Shown: positions 25,113 through 34,702 of the stretch, piece by piece
Layout: every line of letters starts with the position of its first letter
Numbering within the stretch: position 1 is the first letter of the stretch
Source of the DNA: an uncultured delta proteobacterium
Lineage (GTDB): Bacteria > Desulfobacterota > Desulfuromonadia > Desulfuromonadales > BM103
Length of the DNA stretch: 64,000 bases
Assembly (NCBI GenBank): GCA_963723355.1
Contig: CAVRQQ010000003.1
Span: 6,992-70,991 of the forward strand
Direction: 5' to 3'
The notes under the pieces: generated by a model
What the model saw: the letters and a program-made list of their open reading frames with translations, nothing else
What the model was told of the DNA's origin: nothing
Database searches by the model: none
Program-made: the position numbers and the translations under genes

Positions 25113-25273
25113 CTCTCTCGGCTGGCCCAACTGGTGTCAAACATAAAAGCTGCATGCGGAACATGGCATTAAATTGCAGGCAACTAGAACATCAGTCTAG
25201 CTACCAAAATGCCACACGTCATAGCATGATTTCTGAGTTCCGGTCAAGATAAACCCGATACATCATGGAGTTC

Positions 25274-25302
25274 TTGTGTGTCTTTTGCGACTCGCATATA
25301 AT
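25274..25302 (+). promoter_or_regulatory. sigma70-like promoter (TTGTGT-17-TATAAT) upstream of the C-N hydrolase gene
   Basis: Hexamers at 25274-25279 and 25297-25302 with a 17-nt spacer. Confidence 0.45.
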
Positions 25303-25391
25303 CACCTGTCAAGCTCCTTGCAGAGGTTATGCAGGGTTACGCTAAGTTACGCAGAGTTTTTGTAAAACCTTGTTTTATATGCGGAGGTTTC

Positions 25392-26207
25392 ATGGATAAG
25401 AGACTGTGTGCGGCAGCTGTCCAGTTCAATATCGCGCTTGGTGATGTTGATCGGAACCTGTCCAAAGCCGTAGCCGGACTCGAGCGTGCGGCAAAACAGA
25501 ATGTGCAGCTGGCGGTCCTGCCGGAGATGTGGAGTGCAGGATACGATTACAAGCGGCTTGCAAAACATGCCGAAGAAACGCCAAGAGTTCTGGATGCGAT
25601 TTCCGCCAGATCTGCACAGCTCGGTATGGTTGTGGTCGGCAGCCTGCCGGAGAAGGTTGATGACCGGATTTATAATACCGCCTATGTAATTGACCGGGGT
25701 GAGATTGTAGACAGTTACCGTAAGCTGCACATGTTCTCGACCATGGGAGAGGACCGCTTCCTCTCTCCCGGGGACAGGACGCTGGTCGTTTCGACTTCGG
25801 TCGGTCGGCTCGGCATCGCCATCTGCTACGACCTGCGCTTCCCCGAGCTGTTTCGCAAGATGGCCCTGGAAGGAGCCGAGATTATCTGTCTGCCGGCCGA
25901 GTGGCCCAGGCCCCGCCAGGAGCACTGGCGGACTTTGCTGCGGGCCAGGGCGATGGAGAACCAACTGTTTGTTGTGGCCGCGAACTGTTGCGGCATCCAG
26001 GGCAAGCTCGATTTCTTCGGTATGAGCCTGCTGCTGTCAGCGCGTGGCGAGGTGCTCGCCGAGGGTGGTGATACCGACACCGAGCTGGTGGCAACTTTCG
26101 ATTATCAGGAGATGCTGGATTACCGCGCACAGATTCGCTGTTACGATGATCGTCGGCCGGAGGTTTACGGGAAACTGCCTGTGAAGCGAGTAGCGCGTGG
26201 CGCGTGA
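25392..26207 (+). CDS. carbon-nitrogen hydrolase family protein (nitrilase/amidase superfamily)
   Basis: Glu-Lys-Cys catalytic triad context (LPEMW, RKLHMF, AICYDLRFPE). Start at 25392 with a GGAGG RBS. Confidence 0.85.
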   Translation: MDKRLCAAAVQFNIALGDVDRNLSKAVAGLERAAKQNVQLAVLPEMWSAGYDYKRLAKHAEETPRVLDAISARSAQLGMVVVGSLPEKVDDRIYNTAYVIDRGEIVDSYRKLHMFSTMGEDRFLSPGDRTLVVSTSVGRLGIAICYDLRFPELFRKMALEGAEIICLPAEWPRPRQEHWRTLLRARAMENQLFVVAANCCGIQGKLDFFGMSLLLSARGEVLAEGGDTDTELVATFDYQEMLDYRAQIRCYDDRRPEVYGKLPVKRVARGA

Positions 26208-26244
26208 GCGGGAAAAAGCTAAAAATCAATTCTTGAAATTAAAA

Positions 26245-26282
26245 AGGGTGACAGACTTGAATCTGCCACCCTTTATCCTTTT
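26245..26282 (+). terminator. rho-independent terminator after the C-N hydrolase gene
   Basis: Stem AGGGTGACAG/CTGCCACCCT (one mismatch) followed by a T-rich tail. Confidence 0.6.
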
Positions 26283-26283
26283 C

Positions 26284-26328
26284 GCCTCCAGCCTCCAGCC
26301 TCCAGCCTCCAGCGCTCCAGCCTCCAGC
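26284..26328. repeat. heptamer microsatellite (GCCTCCA)n; (GGAGGCT)n on the minus strand
   Basis: Four perfect tandem 7-mers plus two degenerate units, lying between two convergent genes. Confidence 0.85.
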
Positions 26329-26339
26329 GTCAGCCCCTG

Positions 26340-26744
26340 TTATTCCCCCATAGGTTGTGCCTGCCCGCGGTATTTGTCCGGCACCTCTTCGAGCGAATCG
26401 GCAAAGTGCAGCTCGCCCTTGCCGTCGGAGTAGATGTAGCGTTGTGATTTTGCAGGTGAGTTGCTCTTGGCCGGTGTGGCCGGTTTTTTGTCAGTCGTCC
26501 CGGCTGTTGGGGCCTTTTTCTCTGCCGCCTGTTGTTTTTCGATGACGGCTTCGACGGATTCCGGCTCAGCTTTCCTGGCACCGAACGTCAGGTCGATCAG
26601 GCGGCCGCGGAAGTCTTTGTAGAAGTTGCTGACGGCTTCGTGGGCAGGATGGACCGGGGGCACCTGGACAAAGAACTGGTCGATGACCAGCAACATGACC
26701 AGGAACAGGAAGGTCCAGAAAATCGGTTTGATCAAACGGCGCAT
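26340..26744 (-). CDS. membrane-anchored DUF4124-like protein
   Basis: N-terminal TM helix. The C-terminus YIYSDGKGELHFADSLEEVP resembles the DUF4124 motif. The start at 26744 avoids overlap with the upstream gene. Confidence 0.5.
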   Translation of the reverse strand: MRRLIKPIFWTFLFLVMLLVIDQFFVQVPPVHPAHEAVSNFYKDFRGRLIDLTFGARKAEPESVEAVIEKQQAAEKKAPTAGTTDKKPATPAKSNSPAKSQRYIYSDGKGELHFADSLEEVPDKYRGQAQPMGE

Positions 26745-26751
26745 GGAATCT

Positions 26752-27753
26752 CTAGTGTGGATGATGGATGTGATGATCGTCATGGGCCGATTTGCGCGGC
26801 CTGTGCTTGAGCTGCTGGATCACCGGCCCGGTCGTGCATTTCGAGCATTCGCCCTGCAGCGTCGTATGGGTGATGTGAAACTCGTGGTCGAGCAGCTCCT
26901 CGAGATTACCGATAATTTCACTCTGGCGCAAGCGATAGTCCGGTTCGACATCGATATGTGCCGACAGCGCCGTGATGTGTGAACAGATCGACCAGACGTG
27001 CAGGTGGTGAACATTGCTGACACCCGTGACGGCCTTCATCCTGGCAACCAGTTCGTTGATGTCGATGTGCGACGGTACGCCCTCCAGCAGGATATGCCCG
27101 GCTTCACGAAGGATGCGGATCGCACCCCAGCTGATGATCAGGACGATCGCTACGGAAATCAGGGCATCGATGATGAACCAGCCGGTGTAAAGCATGATGA
27201 TGCCGCCGATGATGACGCCGACCGAGGCAATCGCATCGCCGAGGACGTGCAGGAAGGCGCTGCGCACGTTGAGGTCGTCGTGGGAGTGGCCGTGCAGGCG
27301 GCTGGCGGCAACCAGGTTCATGACCAGGCCGATCGTTGCGATGATGAACATCTCCTTGCTCTTGACCGCTTCGGGGTGGATCAGGCGGCCCCAGGCCTCA
27401 CCGAGAATGCCGAAAGCGATCAGCAGCAGGGTCGAACCATTGATCAGCGAGGCGAATATCTCGGCGCGATGCCAGCCGTAGGTGCGGGTATCGCTGGCCG
27501 GGAACCTGGCCAGATGGATCGCCGTCAGTGACAGGACCAGGGCAAACAGGTCCATGAAGACATGGGCGGCGTCGGAGAGCAGGGCCAGGGAGTTGGTCCA
27601 GAAGCCACCGACCAGCTCGGCGATCAGGGTAATCGCGGTCAGGCCGATCGCGATAATGAAGCCGCGCGTGATGCCGCGGTCCAGCAGCCCATGGTCGTGA
27701 TGCCCGTGGTCATGGTCCTGGTGGTCAGGGGGTGATGTGGTCTGTTCGGTCAT
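26752..27753 (-). CDS. cation diffusion facilitator family Zn/Co/Cd efflux transporter (CzcD/ZitB-like)
   Basis: 333 aa with six TM helices, a CDF signature and His-rich N- and C-termini. Confidence 0.88.
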   Translation of the reverse strand: MTEQTTSPPDHQDHDHGHHDHGLLDRGITRGFIIAIGLTAITLIAELVGGFWTNSLALLSDAAHVFMDLFALVLSLTAIHLARFPASDTRTYGWHRAEIFASLINGSTLLLIAFGILGEAWGRLIHPEAVKSKEMFIIATIGLVMNLVAASRLHGHSHDDLNVRSAFLHVLGDAIASVGVIIGGIIMLYTGWFIIDALISVAIVLIISWGAIRILREAGHILLEGVPSHIDINELVARMKAVTGVSNVHHLHVWSICSHITALSAHIDVEPDYRLRQSEIIGNLEELLDHEFHITHTTLQGECSKCTTGPVIQQLKHRPRKSAHDDHHIHHPH

Positions 27754-27901
27754 GATTTCGGCTTTATCCTGTTGTCACCATTCTAGGCTCCCGATCACCG
27801 GTAAAGCAAGTATGATGGCGATTCCATTTTCGCAGGAGCTGTGTTAAGGTGACCGGCAATTTTCGGCAGCTATTTCACAGAAGGACACAGGACGAAGACA
27901 A

Positions 27902-28841
27902 ATGAGTGAAACCCTTTATGATGTACTGATTATCGGTGGTGGCCCGGCCGGGCTGACTGCTGGTCTTTATACCTCTCGCGCCAAACTCAAAACCCTGCTG
28001 GTGGAACGCATGATCCTCGGCGGCCAGGTGATGACAACCACCAAAGTTGAGAACTATCCGGGTTTCCCGGGAGGCATCGATGGTCCTGACCTGATGATGC
28101 GTTTCCAGGAGCACTGCCAGGAGTTCGGCCTGGAAACGATCACCGGCGAAGTCACCGGCCTGGTTGATCACGGCAAGGAAAAACTGGTCACAGTCGATGA
28201 TCAAAGAGGTTCGTACCCGCGCCGTGATTATCACGACCGGCGCCGAGCCGAGCAAACTCGGGATTCCCGGTGAAATCGAATTTACCGGTCGCGGTGTCTC
28301 GTATTGTGCCACCTGCGACGGCGCTTTTTTCCGGGATGTGCCGGTCGCGATTATCGGTGGTGGCGACACGGCTGCCGAAGAGGCCCTGTTCCTGAGCCGG
28401 TTTGCCAGCAAGGTTTACCTGGTGCACCGGCGTGATGAGCTGCGGGCCACCAAGGTCCTGCAGGATCGAATCTTTGCCAACGACAAGATCGAACCGGTCT
28501 GGAATTGCGTCGTCGAAGAAGCTGTCGGCGACAACAGCGGGGTCACCAGCCTGATGCTGCGTAACCGTCAGGACGATTCCCGGCAGACCCTTGAGGTGGT
28601 CGGCATGTTCGTCGCCATCGGCGTGACGCCCAAGGCACATTTTCTGGCAGAGATTCTTGAACTCGACAAGGATGGCTACATTCTGACCGACGCGGATTGC
28701 CGGACTTCGATCCCGGGCGTCTTCGCTGCCGGCGATGTCCGCAAGAAGATCCTCAAGCAGATCGCCACGGCAGTCGGTGACGGTGCGATTGCAGCGATCG
28801 TTGCGGAGAAATACCTGGATGATCTGGATCATTCAGGTTAA
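27902..28841 (+). pseudogene. trxB: thioredoxin-disulfide reductase TrxB, interrupted by one frameshift
   Basis: ORF 27902..28273 (GGGPAG FAD motif) and ORF 28164..28841 (CATCDG redox centre). One extra base near 28199-28206 (GAT CAA-A-GAG GTT) shifts the frame. Confidence 0.88.
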
Positions 28842-28974
28842 GGCGGAGGCTGGTTGTTGGGGGCTGAAGGCTGGTAAGGTCAAAACATGCGGCCAAGGGC
28901 CTGGACAAGCAGTTCCATAGTAATTTGATATGACGACCCCACTGGGGTCATGTAATGACAAAATGGAGGGACAT

Positions 28975-30504
28975 ATGCTCGCCAAGGTTTTATCCGGGGC
29001 GCTGCTCGGTATCGACGCCTACCCGGTCGAGGTGGAGGTCGATATAGCCCAGGGACTGCCGCAGTTTGCCACGGTCGGTCTCCCCGAGGGTGCGGTCAAG
29101 GAAAGCAAGGACCGCGTCAAGTCCGCAATCAAGAATTCCGGTTACGAATTTCCCACCCGTCGCATCACGATCAACCTGGCTCCTGCGGATATCCGCAAGG
29201 AAGGTACCGCGTTCGACCTGCCGATGGCGGTCGGTCTGCTGACGGCGACCGGCCTGGTCCCTTTGGAGCGGTCCTCGCGGTTTCTCCTGATGGGAGAATT
29301 GTCCCTCGATGGTTGCATCAAGCCGGTCCGCGGGGTGCTGCCGGTTGCTGCAGCAGCCCGGCGCTGGGACCTGGACGGCCTGATCCTGCCGGCCGCCAAT
29401 GCCGAGGAGGGTGCGCTGGTTGACGGGTTGCCGGTCTACCCGGTCGAGACCCTCGGGGAAGTGGTGGATTTCCTCACCGGCAACCGGCCACTGGAGCCGT
29501 GTCAGGTCGATATCTCGACGATGTTCGGTCAGGCGGTACAGGATGATGTCGATTTCTCCGAAGTGCGTGGGCAGGACCATGTCAAGCGTGCCCTGGAGGT
29601 TGCCGCCGCCGGCGGGCACAACATCCTGATGGTCGGACCACCAGGCAGCGGCAAGACCATGCTCGCCCGGCGCATTGCGACGATTCTGCCGGAGCAGACC
29701 TTTGAAGAAGCCCTTGAGATCACCAAGATCCATTCGATCCTCGGCCTCTTGCCGACCGACCAGGCCCTGGTTGCCAGGCGCGTTTTCCGGGCGCCACACC
29801 ATACGATCTCCGATGCCGGCTTGATCGGCGGCGGCACCCACCCTCGCCCCGGGGAAGTCTCCCTGGCGCACAATGGCGTACTGTTCCTCGATGAATTGCC
29901 GGAGTTCAAAAAGAATATCCTGGAAATGTTGCGCCAGCCCCTCGAAGATGGCCAGGTCTGTATCAGCCGGGCGGCACAGAGCCTGACCTACCCGGCGTCC
30001 TTCATGATGGTCGCCGCGATGAACCCCTGCCCCTGCGGGTTTCTCGGTGATTCACAGCACAGCTGTACCTGCACGCCGGCGTTGATGCAGCGCTATCGGA
30101 CCAGGCTCTCGGGGCCGTTGCTTGATCGTATCGACCTTCAGGTCGAGGTGCCGCGCCTGCCGCACAAGGACCTTGCCGATACCCGGCCAGTGGAAGCCAG
30201 TGAAACGGTCCGCTGCAGGGTGGAACAGGCGCGGCAGGTCCAGCAGGAGCGGTTTGCCGGTTCACCCGTCCACTGCAACGCTCGCATGGGGCCCCGACAG
30301 CTGCAGAAATTCTGTCGGACCGACCAGGCCGGGCAGGAACTTCTGCAACAGGTCACGGACCGGCTCGGGCTGTCGGCCCGAAGCTATACGCGTCTGCTCA
30401 AGGTCGGCCGTACGATTGCCGACCTTGCCGGAAGCGCGGAGATCGGTCCCGATCACCTGGCTGAGGCGATCCAGTATCGGGGGTTGGACCGGAAAACCAG
30501 CTAA
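28975..30504 (+). CDS. comM: YifB/ComM family Mg-chelatase-like ATPase
   Basis: Lon-like N-domain, AAA+ core (GPPGSGKT) and a C-terminal chelatase domain. GGAGGG RBS before the ATG at 28975. Confidence 0.9.
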   Translation: MLAKVLSGALLGIDAYPVEVEVDIAQGLPQFATVGLPEGAVKESKDRVKSAIKNSGYEFPTRRITINLAPADIRKEGTAFDLPMAVGLLTATGLVPLERSSRFLLMGELSLDGCIKPVRGVLPVAAAARRWDLDGLILPAANAEEGALVDGLPVYPVETLGEVVDFLTGNRPLEPCQVDISTMFGQAVQDDVDFSEVRGQDHVKRALEVAAAGGHNILMVGPPGSGKTMLARRIATILPEQTFEEALEITKIHSILGLLPTDQALVARRVFRAPHHTISDAGLIGGGTHPRPGEVSLAHNGVLFLDELPEFKKNILEMLRQPLEDGQVCISRAAQSLTYPASFMMVAAMNPCPCGFLGDSQHSCTCTPALMQRYRTRLSGPLLDRIDLQVEVPRLPHKDLADTRPVEASETVRCRVEQARQVQQERFAGSPVHCNARMGPRQLQKFCRTDQAGQELLQQVTDRLGLSARSYTRLLKVGRTIADLAGSAEIGPDHLAEAIQYRGLDRKTS

Positions 30505-30676
30505 TGAGGAAAGGGTCTCGGACAACGTCAGTGTCGGACAATTGTCTTTTCGAAAGTCCTGTTGGTTATGCTATATATATCCTTCTTGGTACTTGACCAG
30601 TCTGCTGATTGGTGGCTGAGAATCGGGGCCGTACACACTAAAAGTTTGATAGGCATTTGACCCGCGAGAGATCAAG

Positions 30677-32770
30677 ATGGCGCTTCCTAGAACACACGTC
30701 CGTTTGAAAAAAGAACTGCGACTGATTGATGTCTATGCCATCGCCACTGGCGCGACCCTGAGCGCCGGCTTTTTCCTGCTTCCCGGCATCGCGGCCATCA
30801 ACGCTGGCCCGGGCCTGATCCTTGCGTACCTGCTGGCCGCCTTGCCGATGATTCCCGCCACGTTCAGTATCATAGAGCTGGCGACAGCCATGCCACGTGC
30901 CGGCGGGGTCTACTATTTCCTGGACCGCTCCCTGGGGCCTTTTTTTGGTACGATCGGCGGCATAGGCACCTGGCTGGCCCTCGTGCTCAAGGTCTCCTTC
31001 GCGCTGGTCGGGATGGGGGCCTATATTGCCCTGTTCTTTCCGGTCCTGCAGATCGTGCCGATCGCGGTGACGATTGCAGTTGTACTCGGCGTGATCAACC
31101 TCCTGGGCGCCAAAAAGAGCGGTGGTCTCCAGGTCGCACTGGTGTTCGGACTTCTCAGCCTGCTGCTGGTCTTTGTTACGAGCGGGGCGTTCTCCATGCA
31201 ACCGCTTCATTTCGAGGGCTTCCTGGCGGCCGGTTTCGATAACATTCTCTCCACTGCCGGCCTGGTCTACATCAGCTATGTCGGAGTGACCAAGGTTGCG
31301 AGCCTGTCGGAGGAGGTCAAGGATCCGGAGCGGAACCTGCCGCGGGCAGTGTTCCTTGCCCTCGCCAGCGCCATCCTGGTCTACGGTCTGGGAACCACCG
31401 TGATCGTCGGCCTGGTCCCACCCGACGAGCTGCGCGGCAACCTGACTCCGGTCGCGACGGCGGCCGGCTATGCCCTGGGCTTTCCCGGCGTTGTGCTGCT
31501 GTCTCTGGCCGCGCTGCTGGCATTTGTGTCGGTCGCCAACGCGGGGATGCTCAGTGCTTCGCGCTACCCCCTGGCGATGAGCCGTGACCACCTGTTGCCG
31601 GACCTGTTCCGCAAGCTGAGCCGGTTCGGAACCCCGTTCCATGCCATTTCGGCGACCTCGGCCACAATTATCCTTATCATCGTCCTGTTTGACCCGGTTG
31701 GCATCGCCAAGCTGGCCAGCTCCTTTCAGCTGCTGATGTTCGCTCTGGTTTGTGTAGCGGTGATCGTCATGCGCGAGAGCCAGATTCAGTCTTACGACCC
31801 GGGTTATCGTTCTCCGTTATACCCCTGGATGCAGTTGGCCGGTGTTGTCTTGCCGCTTTTCCTGATCTTCGAGATGGGGGTCATCCCGATGCTCTTTTCT
31901 GCCGCGCTGGTTCTGGCTTCGAGTGGATGGTACCTGTACTATGGCCGTCACCGTGTGGTTCGTGCGGGGGCCATCTACCACGTATTCGAACGTCTTGGAC
32001 GTCACAAACATGTCGATCTGGACAGCGAGTTGCGTGGGATCCTGCGAGAGAAGGGACTGCGCGAGGAGGACCCCTTTGATGAGATTGTTATGCGCAGCCG
32101 GGTTGTTGAAATTGATGCTGCCAGCCAATTCAAAGATGTGGTGGCGCAGGTTGCGGCGGAGCTGTGCACCATTATCCCTATGACCGAAGAGGATATCTGC
32201 AGGCAGGTTATGGACGGCAACAAGATCGGGGCGACTCCGGTGACACGTGGAGTAGCGCTCCCTCATTTCCGCTCGGACAAGATCGCGCACGCAGAGATGA
32301 TCCTGGTCAGGGCGAAGCAGGGTGTGCGAATCCCGATTTACAACCCGCTGAACTACCAGGAAGAGGGTGACGAGGTCGTTTATGCACTTTTCTTTCTCGT
32401 CAGTCCGGATCACAACCCGACCCAGCACCTGAGGATTCTGGCAAGAATCGCCGAACGTATCGACGAAGAAAGTTTCTTCAAGGAGTGGCATCAGGCTGAT
32501 AACGAACAAAGCCTGCGCCAGAGCCTGCTCCACGATGATCATTTCCTGATCCTGAATATCTACGCCAAGAGCCCCACGGACAGTCTGGTCGGGCAGACCC
32601 TGAAAGACCTGTCGATTCCCAAGGGTTGCCTGGTGGCAATGCTGACGCGTGCTGACCAATCCTTCGTACCGGACGGCGGTGTCGTCCTCAAGGAAGGGGA
32701 CCGACTTCTGATTATAGGTGAAAAAAAAGGGCTGGCCTCTCTAGAGGAGATTTACGCCGGCGACACGTAA
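30677..32770 (+). CDS. APC-family amino acid permease fused to PTS EIIA(Ntr/Fru)-like and TrkA-C domains
   Basis: About 430 aa of polytopic permease. This is followed by an EIIA type-2-like segment (VALPHFRSDK...) and a TrkA-C-like end (GDRLLIIGEKK). Confidence 0.75.
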   Translation: MALPRTHVRLKKELRLIDVYAIATGATLSAGFFLLPGIAAINAGPGLILAYLLAALPMIPATFSIIELATAMPRAGGVYYFLDRSLGPFFGTIGGIGTWLALVLKVSFALVGMGAYIALFFPVLQIVPIAVTIAVVLGVINLLGAKKSGGLQVALVFGLLSLLLVFVTSGAFSMQPLHFEGFLAAGFDNILSTAGLVYISYVGVTKVASLSEEVKDPERNLPRAVFLALASAILVYGLGTTVIVGLVPPDELRGNLTPVATAAGYALGFPGVVLLSLAALLAFVSVANAGMLSASRYPLAMSRDHLLPDLFRKLSRFGTPFHAISATSATIILIIVLFDPVGIAKLASSFQLLMFALVCVAVIVMRESQIQSYDPGYRSPLYPWMQLAGVVLPLFLIFEMGVIPMLFSAALVLASSGWYLYYGRHRVVRAGAIYHVFERLGRHKHVDLDSELRGILREKGLREEDPFDEIVMRSRVVEIDAASQFKDVVAQVAAELCTIIPMTEEDICRQVMDGNKIGATPVTRGVALPHFRSDKIAHAEMILVRAKQGVRIPIYNPLNYQEEGDEVVYALFFLVSPDHNPTQHLRILARIAERIDEESFFKEWHQADNEQSLRQSLLHDDHFLILNIYAKSPTDSLVGQTLKDLSIPKGCLVAMLTRADQSFVPDGGVVLKEGDRLLIIGEKKGLASLEEIYAGDT

Positions 32771-32859
32771 CGAATCCCGGACTGGTGGTTTCCTTGCCCC
32801 ATCGGGTACGGAGACGTCTTGTCAAAACTAAAGGGTGCGGGCAGGTCTGATATAAAGCT

Positions 32860-34596
32860 ATGGACTCTTTTTTGTTCCAAATACTGATTGCACTTGCCGC
32901 GATTTTCATCGGCGCCCTGCTGGGTGGCAGGCTTGCTTCTCTCTGCCGTATCCCGCGAGTCACAGGCTACCTGGTGGTCGGCCTGCTGCTAGGTCCGTCT
33001 CTTGCCGGCCTGGTCAACCTGCCGACCTTCCTCCCCGTCGAAGTTCTCGGAGAGCTCCGCCTGGTCTCCGACCTGGCCCTGGCCCTGATCCTGATGCATA
33101 TCGGCGGCTTGTTCGAAATCCGCCACCTTGACCGCTGGCGTCATCGGGTCCTGCTCTTTTCCGGCAGTGAGATGCTTTTGACTTTTGCCTTGGTGGCGGC
33201 CTCTACGCTGGGGGTCAATCTGGCTGTGCTGCAGAAAGTGCTCCCGGGCCTGACCCTCTGGCAGACATCGCTGGCGTTCGCCATGTTTCTGGGGATCATT
33301 GCCGTGGCCACAGCCCCTGCGGCCACCCTGATGGTCATCCGCGAGTATGAGGCGGAAGGGCCGGTGACCAGCCTTGTTCTGACCCTGGTCGGATTCAACA
33401 ACCTGGTGTCGGTTCTCGGCTTCGCAGTCATCGCCCACATCTTCATCTTTCCCGACGAAGGGGTTGCGGTATTGATGATGCGCATGGGCGGGCCAGTTTT
33501 GGTCGGCGCCATCATCGGTCTTTTCATGTCGGTGTGGGCCCAGCGCCTCGAACTGCCGAGCGAGAACAAGATTCTCATGCTGGGCGGGATTGCCGTCAAT
33601 GTGGCCGTCTGCCGTGGGCTGGAGATTGACCCTCTGCTCGCCAGCCTGGTCCTCGGCATGGTCCTCGCCAACAGCTGCTCGCGCTGGAATCGTCTGCAGC
33701 AGGACATCCGCCAGGTTGACTATCTCCTTTACGTTATCTTCTTCGTCCTTGCCGGCGCTAATCTACACATCGAGACCCTGGCGCATATCGGGCTGCTAGG
33801 CGTTGCCTATATCTTCGCGCGCACCCTCGGCAAGTGGCTTGGGGCTGCCATCGGCGCTCGCCTCGGGGCCTTCGGCGACTCGGAGAAGGCCTACATTGGT
33901 CTAACCCTGATGGCTCAGGCTGGTGTCGCCATCGGCCTGGCCAGTCAACTGGCGCACCATTGGCCGGCAGGCGGTAAATTGCTGGAAACGATTGTACTCG
34001 GGGCGGTGGTTGTCTTTGAACTGGTTGGCCCGCTTGCCGTAAGACACGGACTGGTGCGTTCCGGTGAAGTGCCGATTCTTGCGTTGCTGCAGAAGAAAGC
34101 ACCGGTGGGGGCCCTGGAGGGACTGCACAACGTGGTCCACCACTTCCGCAGCTCGCTCGGCGTGCCGATCGGCCATGACCTTAAGGACCCGGGAGATATC
34201 CTGGTGCGGCACATCATGCGCCAGAACGTGGATACCGTTTCCCACAGCACCCCTTACTATGCGCTGCTCAAACACATTGCCCACAGCCGCTACGACCGGT
34301 TCCCGGTGGTTGACGATAACAACCGGTTTATCGGGGTCATCGATTATACGGAAATCCGCAATCTGCTCTTCGAACCGACACTGGTACCGCTGGTCGTCGC
34401 CGGCGACCTGACGATAACGGCATCCTACTGTCTGAAGCCTGACCAGCCCTTGCGCGAGGCTCTGAAAATCCTGCAGCTGCATCGCAACGTCAGCTATTTC
34501 CCGGTGGTCGATTCGGATGATGAGCAGAAACTGGTCGGGATTCTCAACCAGAACGATGTGCTGGCGGCCTTCCGGCGTCTCGGGCAGGATGCGTAG
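32860..34596 (+). CDS. cation:proton antiporter (CPA2/Kef-like) with a C-terminal CBS domain pair
   Basis: About 400 aa of Na+/H+ exchanger fold, then two CBS-like repeats (RFPVVDDNNRFIGVI and YFPVVDSDDEQKLVGIL). Confidence 0.8.
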   Translation: MDSFLFQILIALAAIFIGALLGGRLASLCRIPRVTGYLVVGLLLGPSLAGLVNLPTFLPVEVLGELRLVSDLALALILMHIGGLFEIRHLDRWRHRVLLFSGSEMLLTFALVAASTLGVNLAVLQKVLPGLTLWQTSLAFAMFLGIIAVATAPAATLMVIREYEAEGPVTSLVLTLVGFNNLVSVLGFAVIAHIFIFPDEGVAVLMMRMGGPVLVGAIIGLFMSVWAQRLELPSENKILMLGGIAVNVAVCRGLEIDPLLASLVLGMVLANSCSRWNRLQQDIRQVDYLLYVIFFVLAGANLHIETLAHIGLLGVAYIFARTLGKWLGAAIGARLGAFGDSEKAYIGLTLMAQAGVAIGLASQLAHHWPAGGKLLETIVLGAVVVFELVGPLAVRHGLVRSGEVPILALLQKKAPVGALEGLHNVVHHFRSSLGVPIGHDLKDPGDILVRHIMRQNVDTVSHSTPYYALLKHIAHSRYDRFPVVDDNNRFIGVIDYTEIRNLLFEPTLVPLVVAGDLTITASYCLKPDQPLREALKILQLHRNVSYFPVVDSDDEQKLVGILNQNDVLAAFRRLGQDA

Positions 34597-34702
34597 CGCG
34601 GGACAACCCTCTCGCTTGCCGGGCGGTTTTTCAAAATGTCTAGACCTCCTGGCTTTTCCGTAGTAAAAAACGAGACAAATTTCAAATCTACCGGAGGATG
34701 TT

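Noticed and set aside
17374-25130. Mrp cluster as part of a membrane-bound hydrogenase or formate hydrogenlyase locus.
   Set aside because: No NiFe large/small subunit, NuoB/C/D/I-like or maturation genes are adjacent. The flanks are hemW and a C-N hydrolase.
26284-26328. Possible CRISPR array or coding repeat.
   Set aside because: The units are 7 nt with no spacers and there are no cas genes. The repeat lies outside both flanking reading frames.
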